64,000 nt of DNA from Octopus vulgaris (lineage: Eukaryota): assembly GCA_951406725.2 (NCBI GenBank), contig OX597817.1, positions 68,014,001-68,078,000 on the forward strand, read 5' to 3'. The notes under the pieces are model-generated. The model saw only the letters and a list, made by a program, of their open reading frames with translations, was not told where the DNA came from and searched no databases. The translations under genes and the position numbers were made by a program. Each line of letters opens with the position of its first letter. The stretch's first letter is position 1. Shown piece after piece: positions 26,340-41,347 of this stretch.

Positions 26340-26885
26340 TGACTGTAGACACTCGCTTGTAAATGGCGTGTGAGTGTCTATAGCGACTGCATTTGAAAGT
26401 ACTGACTGTCAGACATTCTCTGGTGCTGTTTCCCCAGTCGATTTTGCTTTTCTTCATCAAACTTCAGCATCTCCAGTCGTCTTTTTAAACCCTTGTCTAT
26501 TTTCAGCTTCCAGCAGAGTGATCACCACAACTTCCCACATTTCTGCGTTCACATCAGAAAACATCATTTCTCAATTGCAGATATCTTTGAAAAGAAGACA
26601 GGGTCGTCCTCGCATCCTCTTACCTAAAATCACTTCACTATATACCGTGTCTTTCGGGATCCTTTCAGCTGATATGCATTGTACGTGACTCAGACAGCAT
26701 AGTCATTGTTGCAATTAAAAGAGTGGGCTGGATAACTTGCAGGTGACTTGGGACCCCCATTGCTAACGATCCATTTTGTACTGTGTAGCGGTGAGACGTT
26801 GAGCTGCTGCTCTTGTTTGGAATAGATGTTCCAGGTCTCACAGTCATAAAGCAGTGTTGCAGACGTTACCCATAAATAACCAAGA
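26340..26885 (-). pseudogene. RTE-clade LINE 3' fragment
   Basis: TLLYDCETWNIYSKQEQQLN and RIPKDTVYSEV..GKRMRGRPCLLFKDIC are RTE C-terminal motifs. Confidence 0.8.
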
Positions 26886-27085
26886 ATAATGCATAAACTA
26901 TAAAGCTGTGACATTGATCTACTTGATAAATATAGAGCAGAGTGAAGCAACTAGACACACACATACACACACACACACACACACGCACACACACAATGCA
27001 CATATATGCTTACATACATACATGCATATATATTTATAAATATGTATAAATATGTATACATTCATACATACATGCATACAAGCAT

Positions 27086-27136
<51 letters not shown>

Positions 27137-27310
27137 CACACACATACGCACATACATACAATCATGCATGCATGCATACATACATATATACATACCTACA
27201 TAAAAGCGTAAATAATTATACAGGTGAAGAGGATACTTTTTCTTCCGGTCGAACTCTTTCATTTGAGGTGTATGCATGTATATCTATCTATCTATCTATC
27301 TCTTTCTATC

Positions 27311-27348
<38 letters not shown>

Positions 27349-27519
27349 GATAGATACATACACGTATTTATGTAAGTATAAATACATATACACACATACA
27401 CACATATATGTAACGTGACAAATATGTCACAAAAATGTCAGACTAATAAAACGCAAATCAATAGAAGTCTCCTTTGATCCTACTCCAACGCGTTACTTCA
27501 CCATCACCTTCCACTCTTT

Positions 27520-27726
27520 CTACGCAATGAAGCCGTCATTGGAATCCTGAAACACATTTTGTAAGCCATTTTGCTTTTTTCGTTGGACAGCAATATATAC
27601 AACACAAACAATTACTATAACAGCTACACCAGCAATAGCAGCTATAAAAACACTGGTTTTAGTTTGAAATGGGAGTATTGCTTCTTTATGACGTATTTCT
27701 CTACTAAATTGTCCCTCGCTATACAT
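27520..27726 (-). CDS. Possible host exon or small ORF encoding one transmembrane helix and a basic stop-transfer
   Basis: VFIAAIAGVAVIVIVCVVYIAV-QRKK in non-repetitive sequence, with candidate acceptors ttttaag and tttttatag. No homology recognised. Confidence 0.25.
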   Translation of the reverse strand: MYSEGQFSREIRHKEAILPFQTKTSVFIAAIAGVAVIVIVCVVYIAVQRKKQNGLQNVFQDSNDGFIA

Positions 27727-29063
27727 GACACTTAAAACGAAATAACTGTATCACAAGATTGACGAGCTGACAGAGTTACCAGAGTGTCGGATAGAATGTC
27801 CTGCGATATTTGGTTCGATAATCTGCACTGGAAGTTCAAATCTTGCCAAGGCCAACTTTGTCTTTGTCCTTTCGAAGGTTGTTGTTGTTGTTGTTAAGCA
27901 ACAAGGCGGGTAAGGGGATTAGGTGATGGTCTAGAGTTTAGGGGCGAGAGACCCCAGACCTTGGAAAAAAAACAACTTTGGTCGTCTTGTTGTAGTCGAG
28001 AGCTCTTCGTTGACGCCCGACACCACTAGGAGGTGGCCCTCGAAGTTGCTGGAAATGGAGATCTCCAGGTCCAAATTCTCGAGGGTTGATAAAAATGCGC
28101 ATATCCAGGAAAGTGTATTGACAAAACTCTTACAAGGTCAAGAAAGATAACTTTACATCATCTCTTCCACTTCCTTTCGTTCTGACAGCGACCCCTAGGA
28201 CAGCATTCGGCCTAACTCGGTTGCATTTCCCTTAAACATCGGTTTCATAGAGAAGAGAGATTTGCATGCGTTGGTAACTTGCTTATCTTCAACAAATCTA
28301 CCCAGGCGCAGCACACATATAAGAAACGAACTGCACTAGTTTAATACCGGAAACACGTAAAAAGCTCTGAAATAAATTATTAATCTACTGTGTTTTCAAT
28401 ATAACATAGTAAAGAAAAGTTGTTCCCCCCACACACACTCACACACATACACAAGTCCAAAATTTATTAGGAGTGGAATAAGTAGATATAGGCTACATAT
28501 GTTTCTCAACCAGCTGCTGTTTATTCCACAAAGGATACTCCTCAGCATAGCTAGTCACCAGTCCAAAATTGCAAGGCAAGATCCCTCAACTGAGGGTGGG
28601 GAGTAGTATTGGAGAAGATGATTTTGTCTCCAAGTGACGAAAAGTTAGAGTATGACAGAAGGTGATTAATTATGATTACATTATTAACAGCAGACCACAG
28701 TAAGAATTAATCTGAATCTAATATCGGCCCGATAATCAACTACGCTGAGGAGGGTTAATTGCATAAGACTTACATAATGTTTCTCAATTAGTTGAGAAAC
28801 ATATGTAGCCTGTACTCGACTTTTCCCACTCTTTATAAATTTTAGGATTTTATTCGCATTCTTAGCAGCGTTAGTTGCTGACTGTAGGTTGTATGGAGAC
28901 AATCGATATGGGAAAAAGTGGTGTGTAACTTAGGATCTTAATGAATTTTATTCTATTGTATACTGCCCACTTCTCGTTCTGCTTTAAGCTAAATAACAAA
29001 ATAACTTCCTATACTGGGTTCCATAGATCATGCTAAGCTATATATATATATATATATATATAC

Positions 29064-31370
29064 ATGGAAGAAGACATCGCGGAATACTGTAGAAAATTAC
29101 GACTCGCTGAGGAGCTATACGACAAATACAACGAGGACGAATCGTTGGTCAGAAATAGGAGTAACTACACCCCCTCAAAAGGTAAGAACAAAACTCTTGA
29201 TCATTTCTGTGAACACATCTCGAATTACCCATATCCACATATGCATAAACAAAAGCACAAACCAAACTTCAGCAAAAAAGAATGGGCTGAGCTGAACAAA
29301 TTAAAAGATGACAAAACAATAACAATCAAAGAGGCTGATAAAGGAAGTGCAGTTGTCTTAATGGACACGGTATACTATATAATTCAACATATTATGAAAA
29401 GCCCAACACTACAGTCAGCAGAAAATAATGAGAGACTTAAAATCCATGTTAAACCTATACAGAGAAGGGCTCACCGACAAGAATATGACTATATGACCAA
29501 TTTCAAAAGTAAAACCAATCAATTCTACGTTATTCCCAAGATACACAAAAGTGAGAAAATAAGTAACGCTTGCAGGATAGCCACAGACATAATAATCAAG
29601 GTACCTTCTCCTAATGACCTCAAATTAAGACTTATAATAGCAGGTTCCGCATGCAAAACCCACCGCCTCAGTAACTTTTTAGATACCCCCTTAAAACCAT
29701 TCCTCAAGCATGTCAAAAGCTACACAAGGGACGACCTGGATATGCTCAATCACCTTCCTGAAACAATAAACAAAAACACCCTACTAGTATCCTTCGATGT
29801 AGTCAACCTCTATTTCAATCTCACCCACAACCTAGGAATAGAGGCATTCAATTCTGGCTAGAGAATTATGCCAACGAACTCCCACATCGCATCAAAAAAG
29901 AATTCGTGATAGAAGGGTTAAAATTCATCTTGGAGAATAACTACTTTGTTTTCAAAGACAACTTGTATCGACAAAAATCGGGGACTGCGATGGGTACGAG
30001 AATGGCCCCCTCCTTTGCTAACCTAGTCATTGGATATCTAGAAATTAATCTTTATTGTAAGGTTCGAGAAAAATACGGCGGTCCATTCTCACTCTACATA
30101 GAAAATAACTGGAAGAGATACCTGGATGACTGTTTCGTTCTTTGGCCTGAAAGTGTTGAGAGACTTAAAGAATTCCAAGCACTTTTAAATAAACTTGACG
30201 TAAACATTCAATTCACGATGGAATATAGCCATTAACAACGTTCCTTCCTCGACACCCTCATAAAGAAATCTAACAACGTAATAGAAACAGATATATACTA
30301 TAAGCCCACGGACTCCAAGCAATATCTACCTTTCAACTCATGCCACCCCCGACACACCAGAATGAATATTCCCTTCAACCTAGCAAAAAGGATATGTACT
30401 ATAGTTTCTCATGCAAGCACCAGGGACACATGACTACATGAACTAAAGGATATACTCATCACCAGGAACTACTCACCTTCACTACTTGACATATACTATC
30501 AACGTACCCTACAACTCAACATCCACGAACTCAGACATCCCAATTTAAAGAAGGATTTACAACCAAAAGCCCTACCATACATCTCTACACACAACCCTCT
30601 TAACAATGAAGCTTTCGACACCATCCTTCAAAACATTCCCCTACTAAAAAAGGAGCACAGAATGAACTTAATCTTCCAAACACACACCATCATAAAAAGC
30701 AAGAGACATCTCATATCTATGAAACGTCTCCTAACACAAGCCCGAATACGCTCAACAACACAGAAGCCGTCAGTAAAAAAATGCGGAAGACCCAACTGTG
30801 AGATATGCGCCAATTTAATTGATGGATCAGAGTTCTTCAAACAGGGACATTTCACAGTAAAAAGTAGCTTCACATGTGCTTCGGAGAACCTGATATACGC
30901 ACTAACTTACCAACAGTCGACATTTGCGCCAATAACAAAAATCCAAGCTTCAGAATGTTTCCCCTCTACCAATTAAGGGACGATAAAATCTGTGGCCTAC
31001 GAATTAGTAAAGAGACTCTCTTTATTACAAAATACGAACTCCTTTTGAGCGCATCTACAACAAACGACATATCCACCACAGCCTTAGAATAACACAAGCA
31101 CACACACAAATATTAAAAATGATATATTCAAGAGATACCCAAGAATTCACTAAAAAACGGTTCCAATCATTGCCATAATCCACAACGAACCACTTATAGC
31201 TCATTTGACCATTTAACATCCTACTACAGTCATACCACCTGCATTTATTTATTATTCTCTCTTCTCTTTCCCCATCTTCTTCTTCCTCTCCGCCACCTCC
31301 TTCCTTACTTTACTACTATTGCTGTTTAGAATAACACCTACGCAAGCCCCAGCCGTCCAACAGCGTCTCC
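29064..31370 (+). mobile_element. Decayed Neptune-type Penelope-like element
   Basis: IKEADKGSAVVLMD, PKIHK, SFDVVNLY, GTAMGTRMAPSFANL, RYLDD, Zn linker CGRPNCEIC and FTCASENLIY. The YIG half of the endonuclease is deleted, and there are stops and frameshifts. Confidence 0.92.
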
Positions 31371-31374
31371 ATCG

Positions 31375-32785
31375 TGGGACACTGGACTGATGGAGAAGAA
31401 CTGCGACGAGATAACGCGTAGGGTGGCCATTCTCACCCAGCTATGGGCTGAGAGGAAGTTATCTCTAAAAGGTCGGGCTGAGGTGGTGAATGCGTACATC
31501 GCATCCATCATCTACTACCGCCTGACCGTCGAGCCTTGTTCCGATCCTACCATCACGAAACTTGAACGTATATTCTTCCGCCTTTTGTGGAAGGAGAGCG
31601 TTCCGATGGCTAGTCGATCCATTTGCTGTCGACATCCGCTAAATGGAGGGCTGTGTATGCCGTGATTGATGATGCGCAGACATGCGTTGAGACTGCGACA
31701 TCTCCGGCGTTTCATAGACGACGGTGAACAGGTGTAGTCGCTGTTTGTGGGACGCGCTTTTCCGCAGCTCGTCTCATTGACCGAACTGCAATCGTGGATC
31801 AAACAGGGACCGAGGCTGGATGAATGGCACTTCGAGTGTCGCCATGCTCTCGAGCAGCTCTGCTAACTGGGTTCAAACTTGTGCGATTTCGATTCCACAA
31901 AGGCGTTCTATAGAGGATTAGTGGAGAGGTGCGACGACGTTCTTGGGGAAACTCTGGGCGTCGACGTGGAATACCTGACCCGCCTCTTCAGGACCCCATT
32001 CGGGTTAGGAACTATGGACAATTTCCAGAGATCCCTGCCCTGGCAGTGCTATTAGGAAGCATTGCCCGTTCGAGATAAGGTCTACAGGCACGGTTCAACA
32101 AACACCGGACCGACCTGCCCAAGATACGGCCAGAACGATGAAAACGTTCTGCACGCACTCGAGCAATGTCCAAATATTTCAGACCTGTGGGCCTATGTCG
32201 ATCGGCTACTGTCACGTGTGGGACAAGTCTGGTTGTCAGCCGAGTCTGTCATAAATATTGCCCCGCCACCTTCCTTTAACCGGGAAGGCAAGGCAGTTTT
32301 CATCGTACTGGTGGCTATAGTGAAAGAACGTGTATGGTGGAGGTTTAGAGATAAATACTTTCCTCTCTGACCAACCTCTCATCAACTTTTTAAGTATCAA
32401 TTGAACAAGAAGGTAAGAGTAAAGAGGGGAATTTTGTCTAATGAAAGGTTTAATAAAAGATAGATGATTGTAGCAAAGATGTTACACCTGAATGACGGAA
32501 CCACTTTGAACATGAACCTATAAAACAAAAAGAGGGCACTTTCTCTCATATTGTTTTCCTTTTTTCCGAAGTTACCGTAGTTCTTTTGGTAGGCTTTTCT
32601 TTCCACGGATAACTCTAGTCAGCATTATATTTACTCCCCACTTTGGACACTCTAATTGCTAAAAACGACACTTTGTTATCTCCTTTTGTACACGTCCCAA
32701 AACGTTTTCGATCCCTTTTGAACGTTTTCGGAATGAAAAATTCTACATTGTGTTATCCCCTCTGTGTTCGGCCCTGCGTGGCTAA

Positions 32786-32787
<2 letters not shown>
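31375..32787 (+). mobile_element. Tx1/L1-clade LINE 3' fragment (older copy)
   Basis: WAERKLSLKGRAEVVNAYIASIIYY, GGLCMP, a decayed CCHC zinc knuckle and a T-rich 3' UTR. Confidence 0.85.
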
Positions 32788-32816
<29 letters not shown>

Positions 32817-32817
<1 letters not shown>

Positions 32818-34010
32818 GGCTCTTCGTAGACGACGGTGAACAGGTGTGGTCGCCGTTTGTGAGGCACGCTTTCCCGCAGCTCGTCTCCATGACCGAACTG
32901 CAGTCGTAGATCAGAAAGAGGCCGAGGAAGGGCGAATGGCACCGCGAGTGTCGCGTTGCTCTCAAGCAACTCTGCCGTCCTGGGTCGACCTTGAGTGACT
33001 CCATCACAACCAAAGCATTCTATAGGGGATTAGTGGAGGGGAGGTACGACGACGAGCTCGGGGCGAACCTGGACGTTGACGAGGAATACCTGACCCGCCT
33101 GTTCGGGACGACTTTCGGGCCATGGCTCATGGACAACTTCCAGAGATCCCTGGCCTGGCAGTGCTACCGAGAAGCGCTATCCGTTCGGGATAAGCTCTAC
33201 AGACACGGCTCGAGAAACACGGAGCCGACCTGCCCGAGATGCGGTCAGAGCGACGAAACCGTTCTGCACGCACTCGTGCAGTGTCCAACAATTTCCGACC
33301 TGTGGCCTTATGTCGAACAACTGCTGTCACGTGTGGGACGAGTCGGTTTATCAGCTGAGTCTATCGTCAATATTGTCACGCCTCCTTCCTTCAAACGGGA
33401 AGGAAGAACTATTTTCATCATCCTTGTGGCTATGGCGAAAGAATGTATCTGGTGGACGCATCTGAAAGGATTGGAGACAAACACTTTCCTCTCCGGTCAA
33501 CCTCTCATCAACTTCTTCAAGTACCACTTGAAAAGGAAAGTGAGAGTAGAGAGGCAAGTTTTGTCTAGCGAACGTTTAAAAAAAAGATGGGTGAATGTAG
33601 CAAGGATGGCACGTATGAATGACGAAGCTACCTTGAGCATAGTCCTATGAACCCAGAAATTGAAAACAGAGGGTTACCCACTTGCAATCAAATGCGGCAA
33701 CATATAACAATATTGACCGAGGTTACCGTGGTCTTTTTCGTAGGCTTTTCTTCCCACGGATAAACCTTATCTGCTCCCCTTTACACCGTACATCATGACA
33801 CTGTGATACACGATCCCTATTGATCGTTTTTTTTTCTCTCCCCCTTTTTTCCTCTTCTTTCTTTTCTTTTCTTTTTTTTCTTTTTCCCCTTTTACGATCC
33901 CTTTTGATCGAAAACCTACGCCACTTTTTTTGTTTCTTTTGTTTTTTGTTTTTTTTCATCCCACAAAATTTGTCCCATCTGTGTGCAGCCCTGTGTGGCC
34001 AGTAAAGAGA
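32817..34010 (+). mobile_element. Tx1/L1-clade LINE 3' fragment (younger copy)
   Basis: ORF 32991-33650 has a zf-RVT CPRC..ETVLHALVQC. It is paralogous to the copy from ~31704 onward and ends in (TCTA)n. Confidence 0.88.
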
Positions 34011-34012
34011 CT

Positions 34013-34126
<114 letters not shown>

Positions 34127-34136
34127 CCCCCTCTCT

Positions 34137-34183
<47 letters not shown>

Positions 34184-34441
34184 CATCTATCTATCTTTCA
34201 AGAAACCCCAGTCCACTCAGCTGGCAAAAATCAGTAATCATGCAATGGACCGGTGTCCCGTTAAGGTGAGAAATATATACGCCCCAGAATCTATAGACTG
34301 GTCTTTTGAACCTATACCTAGGGATGGACCTTTGGCCCCTTTGCCTTTTTGATATATATACATACGTTCATATAATGTGTTTGTTTGTATGTGCATGTTT
34401 ATATAGTATTAAAATATTTACCAGTATTACTACTTATTAAA

Positions 34442-34655
34442 AAGGCAGCGAGCTGGCAGAATTATTTGCACACCGGGCAATAACAGTTAACGGTATCTCG
34501 TCTGTCTTCACATTCTGAGTTCAAATACCACCGAAGTTAACTTTCCTTTTCATCCTTTTGGGGTCAATAAAATAAGTACCAACTGATCACTGGGGTCGAT
34601 GTAATCGAGTTACTCCTGTCCATAATACTGCTGGTCTTATGCTAATATTTGAAAC
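34442..34655 (+). mobile_element. SINE (family of 47165)
   Basis: aaggcagcgagctggcagaa..gagttcaaa..ttttcatcctttt.gggtcaataaaataagtacc. Confidence 0.8.
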
Positions 34656-35436
34656 TTATTAGTTAATAATTAATATTTTGATGGTACAACTAAGATAAAA
34701 TTGTTTTACTGCAACTATACTCATATAAGGATAAAATATTATTTATGCTAGCATAGCTGATAGGATGGTCACTGTTGGAATGTCTTTGTTCATAAGTTTG
34801 TTCTGATAGGATTGATATGGGGCTTGTATACTCACCATTATTTTACATGGGTAAACACAAAACGACAAAAATTTATATATTGTTGAACTCAAATAGCAAA
34901 TTGAATGAAAAAAATATTAAAGAAAGCACATTTTTATTAGCGATGTTATGATCATGAGCGAAATGTCCCAGGGAGATATTTATATAAGATAGTCCAGAGA
35001 AGTTTTCTTTCTGGAGCTTTTATAAATCCATAGTTATAAAGCGGAAACGAAACCTACGACAATCTGCAGGCCATGTTATCCCGGTAATCAATTCTAAGTT
35101 TTCAGTACTTTTTTTTCTTCCTTTTATCCTGTGATCAACTGATGCGGATGCAGACGTAGTTCACTTTATGAGACTACTAACTGAGATAATAACACGATTC
35201 CAAGCAGAGAGAGTTTATCTACTTACTTCTTGTGATTAAAATCGCATATGTATTGGGTATGCCATAAAAATATTCTCAGCTACATAGTAATCTGAAGGAT
35301 GCTGATCAACATTCGTTTTGTAGAGGTGAGAAAATAGAGATACTAACCTAATCCTAGATAGAACGTTGGCTCCATCCCCTGGTACTTGCTCAAACGAAAT
35401 GGTACGTATGATCAAACGGAACAGATTCTTCATGGT

Positions 35437-35841
35437 TCTCTTTTACTCTTTTACTTGTTTCAGTCATTTGACTGCGGCCATGCTGGAGCACCACCTTTAG
35501 TCGAGCAAATCGACCCCAGGACTTATTCTTTGGAAGCCTAGTACTTATTCTATCGGTCTCTTTTGCCGAACCGCTAAGCTACGCGGACGTAAACACACCA
35601 GCATCGGTTGTCAAGCGATGTTGCGGAGGACAAACACAGACACACAAACACACACATATATACATATACATACACATATACATATATACGATGGGCTTCT
35701 TTCAGTTTCCATCCACCAAATCCACTCACAAGGCTTTGGTCGGCCCGAGGCTATAGTAGAAGACACTTGCCCAAGGTGCCACGCAGTGGGACTGAACCCG
35801 GAACTATGTGGTTGGTAAGTAAGCTACTTACCACACAGCCA
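35437..35841 (-). mobile_element. Full-length tRNA-derived CORE-type SINE
   Basis: Minus strand shows A box TGGCTGTGTGG, B box GGTTCAGTCC, CORE-like ccttgggcaagtgtctt, an internal (TG)n and a gtaaaagag tail. Confidence 0.9.
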
Positions 35842-36633
35842 ATTCTAGTAAAAGCACTCAGCTCTTCCTCCAACCCCACAATAAAGTCTTAAAGAAGCAA
35901 AGAGACAGTAGATAATCTAGTTCTACACTTACTACAACAGAATCAAATCAAAACAACAAAACAAGATGGTTATGGTTGGAACGTTTTTGATTAGTCTGTT
36001 CTGTTTAGAGCTGACATGAAGTTGAACAACAACCTAGTGCCTAGACCCATAAGTCTGATAGTAGAGACACCGTAGAAACAGACGCTCCATCGCAAAAACT
36101 CCAACGAAATGTTTGCATTGAATTTGAACTTATGATACTTAGTTGAAGAACATATATTCTCAATTATTCATATACGTCAATATATCTAAAATACGGACAC
36201 AATTGTGAACCAGTGGCAGGAAGAAATTTGCTGATACCGTATTGTTTTATTCAGTGGAGGAGAAATATTCATTGAATCTAATTTCACTTGGATCTTTCAC
36301 AGAGGTATTTTGTGCATGCCAACGGAGATGGAAACTACTTTATGATATATTTAGAACTCAATGGACTGGGCTTTTAGAGTGAAGTATCTTGATTACGGAT
36401 ACTGGCTCACAATTGTGAGCCAGTGAGAGAATTGCGAATTACCTGTCTGGATAGACAGCAAGGAAAATGAGTTTTTCACCTTCATACCTTTGTCAAAAGT
36501 ATTAGCATTAAATTTCCAATAAACTCGGTTTATAATTGGTTAACATATTATCTTTTTCCTACAGTTACTGAACCAATAATTTCATTTTACTTTCGTATTG
36601 ATCATCGTCATCGTCGCCATCGTCGTTGGTACA

Positions 36634-36857
<224 letters not shown>

Positions 36858-37418
36858 AAGATAGAGGAGACAATGCTGTTGGTGGTGATGGTGATTGTGA
36901 CAGTAGCCAGCAGCTGTTGTGTTGTAGTTGTTTTCCACTATTTCTTCTCAGTCAGACAAAAGATATTGACTGCATCGTTTTAAAGTGTTCCTATCATTTA
37001 CATTTATTGATGCAGCGTCATAATAAACCTATCCAAAATGCTATTTGATACAACTTCAGTCTTTAAGACGTAGCCATCACTTTGTTTTATTGTGTCAATC
37101 AAATTGACAGACGAATGTCAACCAGCATGAATTCCACTCGAAATCCATTCAGATTTAACTTTCGAAACTCTTGTCTGCCTATTACTGTAGATATCGAAAT
37201 AAGTTGGCGGTGTTGCAGAAACGGTTGGACGTTGGACTTAAGTGCCTTGCAGTTTAAATCTGTTTCTCAAAATTCTGAGTTCGAATCATATTAGGAGAGA
37301 CTTTGCTTGTTATCCCACACTTTCCCACAATTAACTTAAATCGAATTATAATGATAATTTTAATTACAATTTTCACTGTGTGTCACATATTTATCGCTAA
37401 TTAGCTCTTCTCTGTAAG

Positions 37419-37519
<101 letters not shown>

Positions 37520-38245
37520 TGAGAAAAGAAGGAAACAACGATGCTACCTTGTTACTAAAAAAGAAAAAAAAGAAGCGACTAGAAAAGTGAATGGCTAGAA
37601 GAGCACTATATTATCGATAAGAATTAAACTCCTTTCTTGATCAAGAATTAAACGATCGCGAAGTTGTTCGTTGACGTTATTGACTACAATCAGCCTTTAG
37701 CTAGCTGTTGGTCAGAAATGTTTTTTTTTTTTGCGTCACGTGACTAAATAATTACACGTCAGATGCTGATTTCATTCTAACCAAGCAAGAACTTCATTCA
37801 CCAACGTGAAAGGTAATTTCTCCGATGAACAAATACATTAAAAAAAAAACAAAACAAAAAGAATGTTACTCTTATGTTCAATCTGCGATTGATTACAAGG
37901 AACAAGAAATACTTAATTAAAAAAGAAGAAAACCAATATTAAAACAGATAAAATAATCAACAAGAAAAAGTACTTATAACGGTTGCATGTTGCTCAGTTA
38001 GAGAATTGAATCAAATTCTCATTTTTTCCCTTCTCAGTATTTTCCTTCTTTGACTTTTTTGTTCCATAGCCAACGTGGTTCTATTTTATCACTATTGTTG
38101 TCGTTCACGATGCTGTTGTCGTTACTATTATTATCATTATTGTTGTTGTTGTTGCTGTTATTCTCGTTATTTTCAGTCCTAACATGAGTTATTGTCAGTA
38201 TTGTGTTAATTCATTTATCCAGTGGGGTTATATCATCTCCACCTT

Positions 38246-38886
<641 letters not shown>

Positions 38887-40594
38887 TGCATACACGCACA
38901 TGTAAACGCAATTACCAAATTAGTCACCTCACCTCACCTCAGATTCTTGGTTTTTAACTTTTCGAATTGAAAATGACCTCTTGTTAAGGCATGAACAAAC
39001 AGATGCAAACACACGGAGTTACATTGTACACATGCACATGCATACACACATACACATCACATGTATGCATACATACATACATACCATACCATACATGCAT
39101 ACGTACGTACATATATGTAACTATTTACCGTAATCATCGAATTTCCAGCGACTAAGACTTGTTTCTTTCTTAGAAATGAGCTCCGTCTTTATAGGAAGAA
39201 TTCAAATAGTCAAAAAAAAAAAAAAGAATCTAACATACATGTATACCCGCATGAATGACTATATACATGGATATACATCCAGACATCCACACACTTATGC
39301 ATCCATACAAAATATTCAAACAAATCTATTTATTGAGAAAATTCTATAATCCTGGAGTGCTATTTTGCAACAAGTGGTATTGATGATAACGAGGTAAGGT
39401 TCTGTTTCTTGCAAATTCTTTAACAATTTTCAGTACTTGAAAAGAAACATTTATCTTCCTCTCCCGACATCCACACCCTAGCCTCTCCTCACAGGTTTTT
39501 GTATTTTTTTCACAGCTATTTTCGATTGACATTGTCAGTTCTATTGACTATTAAGTTATGGGCGGGAGTAGAAATCGATTGAGACCACGACATCGAAATA
39601 CAATGGGAGTAAAAGCAGCAGCAGCAACAGCCATAGCAGCAGCAGTACCAATAACAAATCAACGAAGGAACTTCCACATGGTCGTTCAATTTGTTTAGAA
39701 TAGCGGCCAAATCTCTCTGAAAGCACACTCTACCGTTCTTTTTGAAAAGGGACGTATTTGTTAATGTAACCCGGTTTTCGGAATTCTTGATAGTAAGACA
39801 TGGTAGCCACGGTATGAAAGTTTTTTTTGTTCATAGAACTGCTCGATAAGCGCTGACTTAGAGCTAAACAACAAGAACAAGAACAACAACAACAACAACA
39901 ACAACAAAACAGCACCAGCAGCAGTAACAACAAAATAATGAAGGGGTTTTCTATACCGTTTTTGGATTTTTGGGTAATAACAATAGATTTACCTCAAATT
40001 ACAATCTGTTGACCTTATCTATAGACATGAACAATATTTAATAGTTACGAAAGTGACAGAGACAGTTTTAATACTGAGAGGTAATATTTACTCTCATTTA
40101 AATCTGGGTGTTCTTTTAGAACAAACTATACTGCGATAAATAGAAACCCTCACACAGTTACATCTACATGTGAGAAACCCTCACATAGTTACATTTACAC
40201 TGTAAACATTTACAGAATTGCCTTTTCTATGTTTTAGTCAAGAAGGAAGGAAGGTAGTGTCCATGAACTTTTATGGGCTGGTCGAAAGATAAAACGGTAT
40301 CGCCTGACTGAATATCTGACACGAATGTTTGCATCCGAGTGGACCCCATTAAAGGCACCGGAGCACCAGGTGGTGGTGTTAAACTAGACAAGACGGATGA
40401 AGCCTAATTTACATACAGGCAAAAGACAAAACCCCAAAAAACTGAAACAACTTTAGTTCGGTATCCGGTCTGACACTTTTACAATTTCCATAATCCGGCA
40501 ACCTCAATTTAACTTGTTCTTATCGATACCGAAATGATGGAAGATAACTCTGGTTTCGGCTGGATTTGAATTCAGGAAGTACTGAGAATCGGAA

Positions 40595-40812
40595 CAAATA
40601 TTGGTTTCAAATGTTGGCACAAAGCCTGAAATTTCGAGTGCGGATGTAAATCGATTACATCGACTCCCAATACTCAACTGGTAATTAATTTATCGAACCC
40701 GAAAGGATGAAAGGCAAAGTCGACCTCGGCAGAATTCGAACATAAAGACGGATGAAATATTGCAAAGCATTTTACCCGGCTTGCTAACGATTCTGCCAGC
40801 TCGGATTCGCCT
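40595..40812 (-). mobile_element. SINE (family of 47165)
   Basis: gaaaggatgaaaggcaaagtcgacctcggc..gctaacgattctgccagctc. Confidence 0.85.
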
Positions 40813-40899
40813 TTAACCATACAGCCATGTATAAATTGAGAGAGGAAGAGAAACTGAGAGAGAAAAAGAGAGATCTATAGAGACGTTAATTATGGATAT

Positions 40900-41345
<446 letters not shown>

Positions 41346-41347
41346 AA

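Noticed and set aside
30420-30445. In-frame TGA as selenocysteine in a PLE
   Set aside because: Best explained as CGA>TGA decay in a copy with other stops and frameshifts; no SECIS was seen.
36405-36420. lac operator-like GCTCACAATTGTGAGC (vector contamination)
   Set aside because: The half-sites are permuted and there is no vector sequence nearby.
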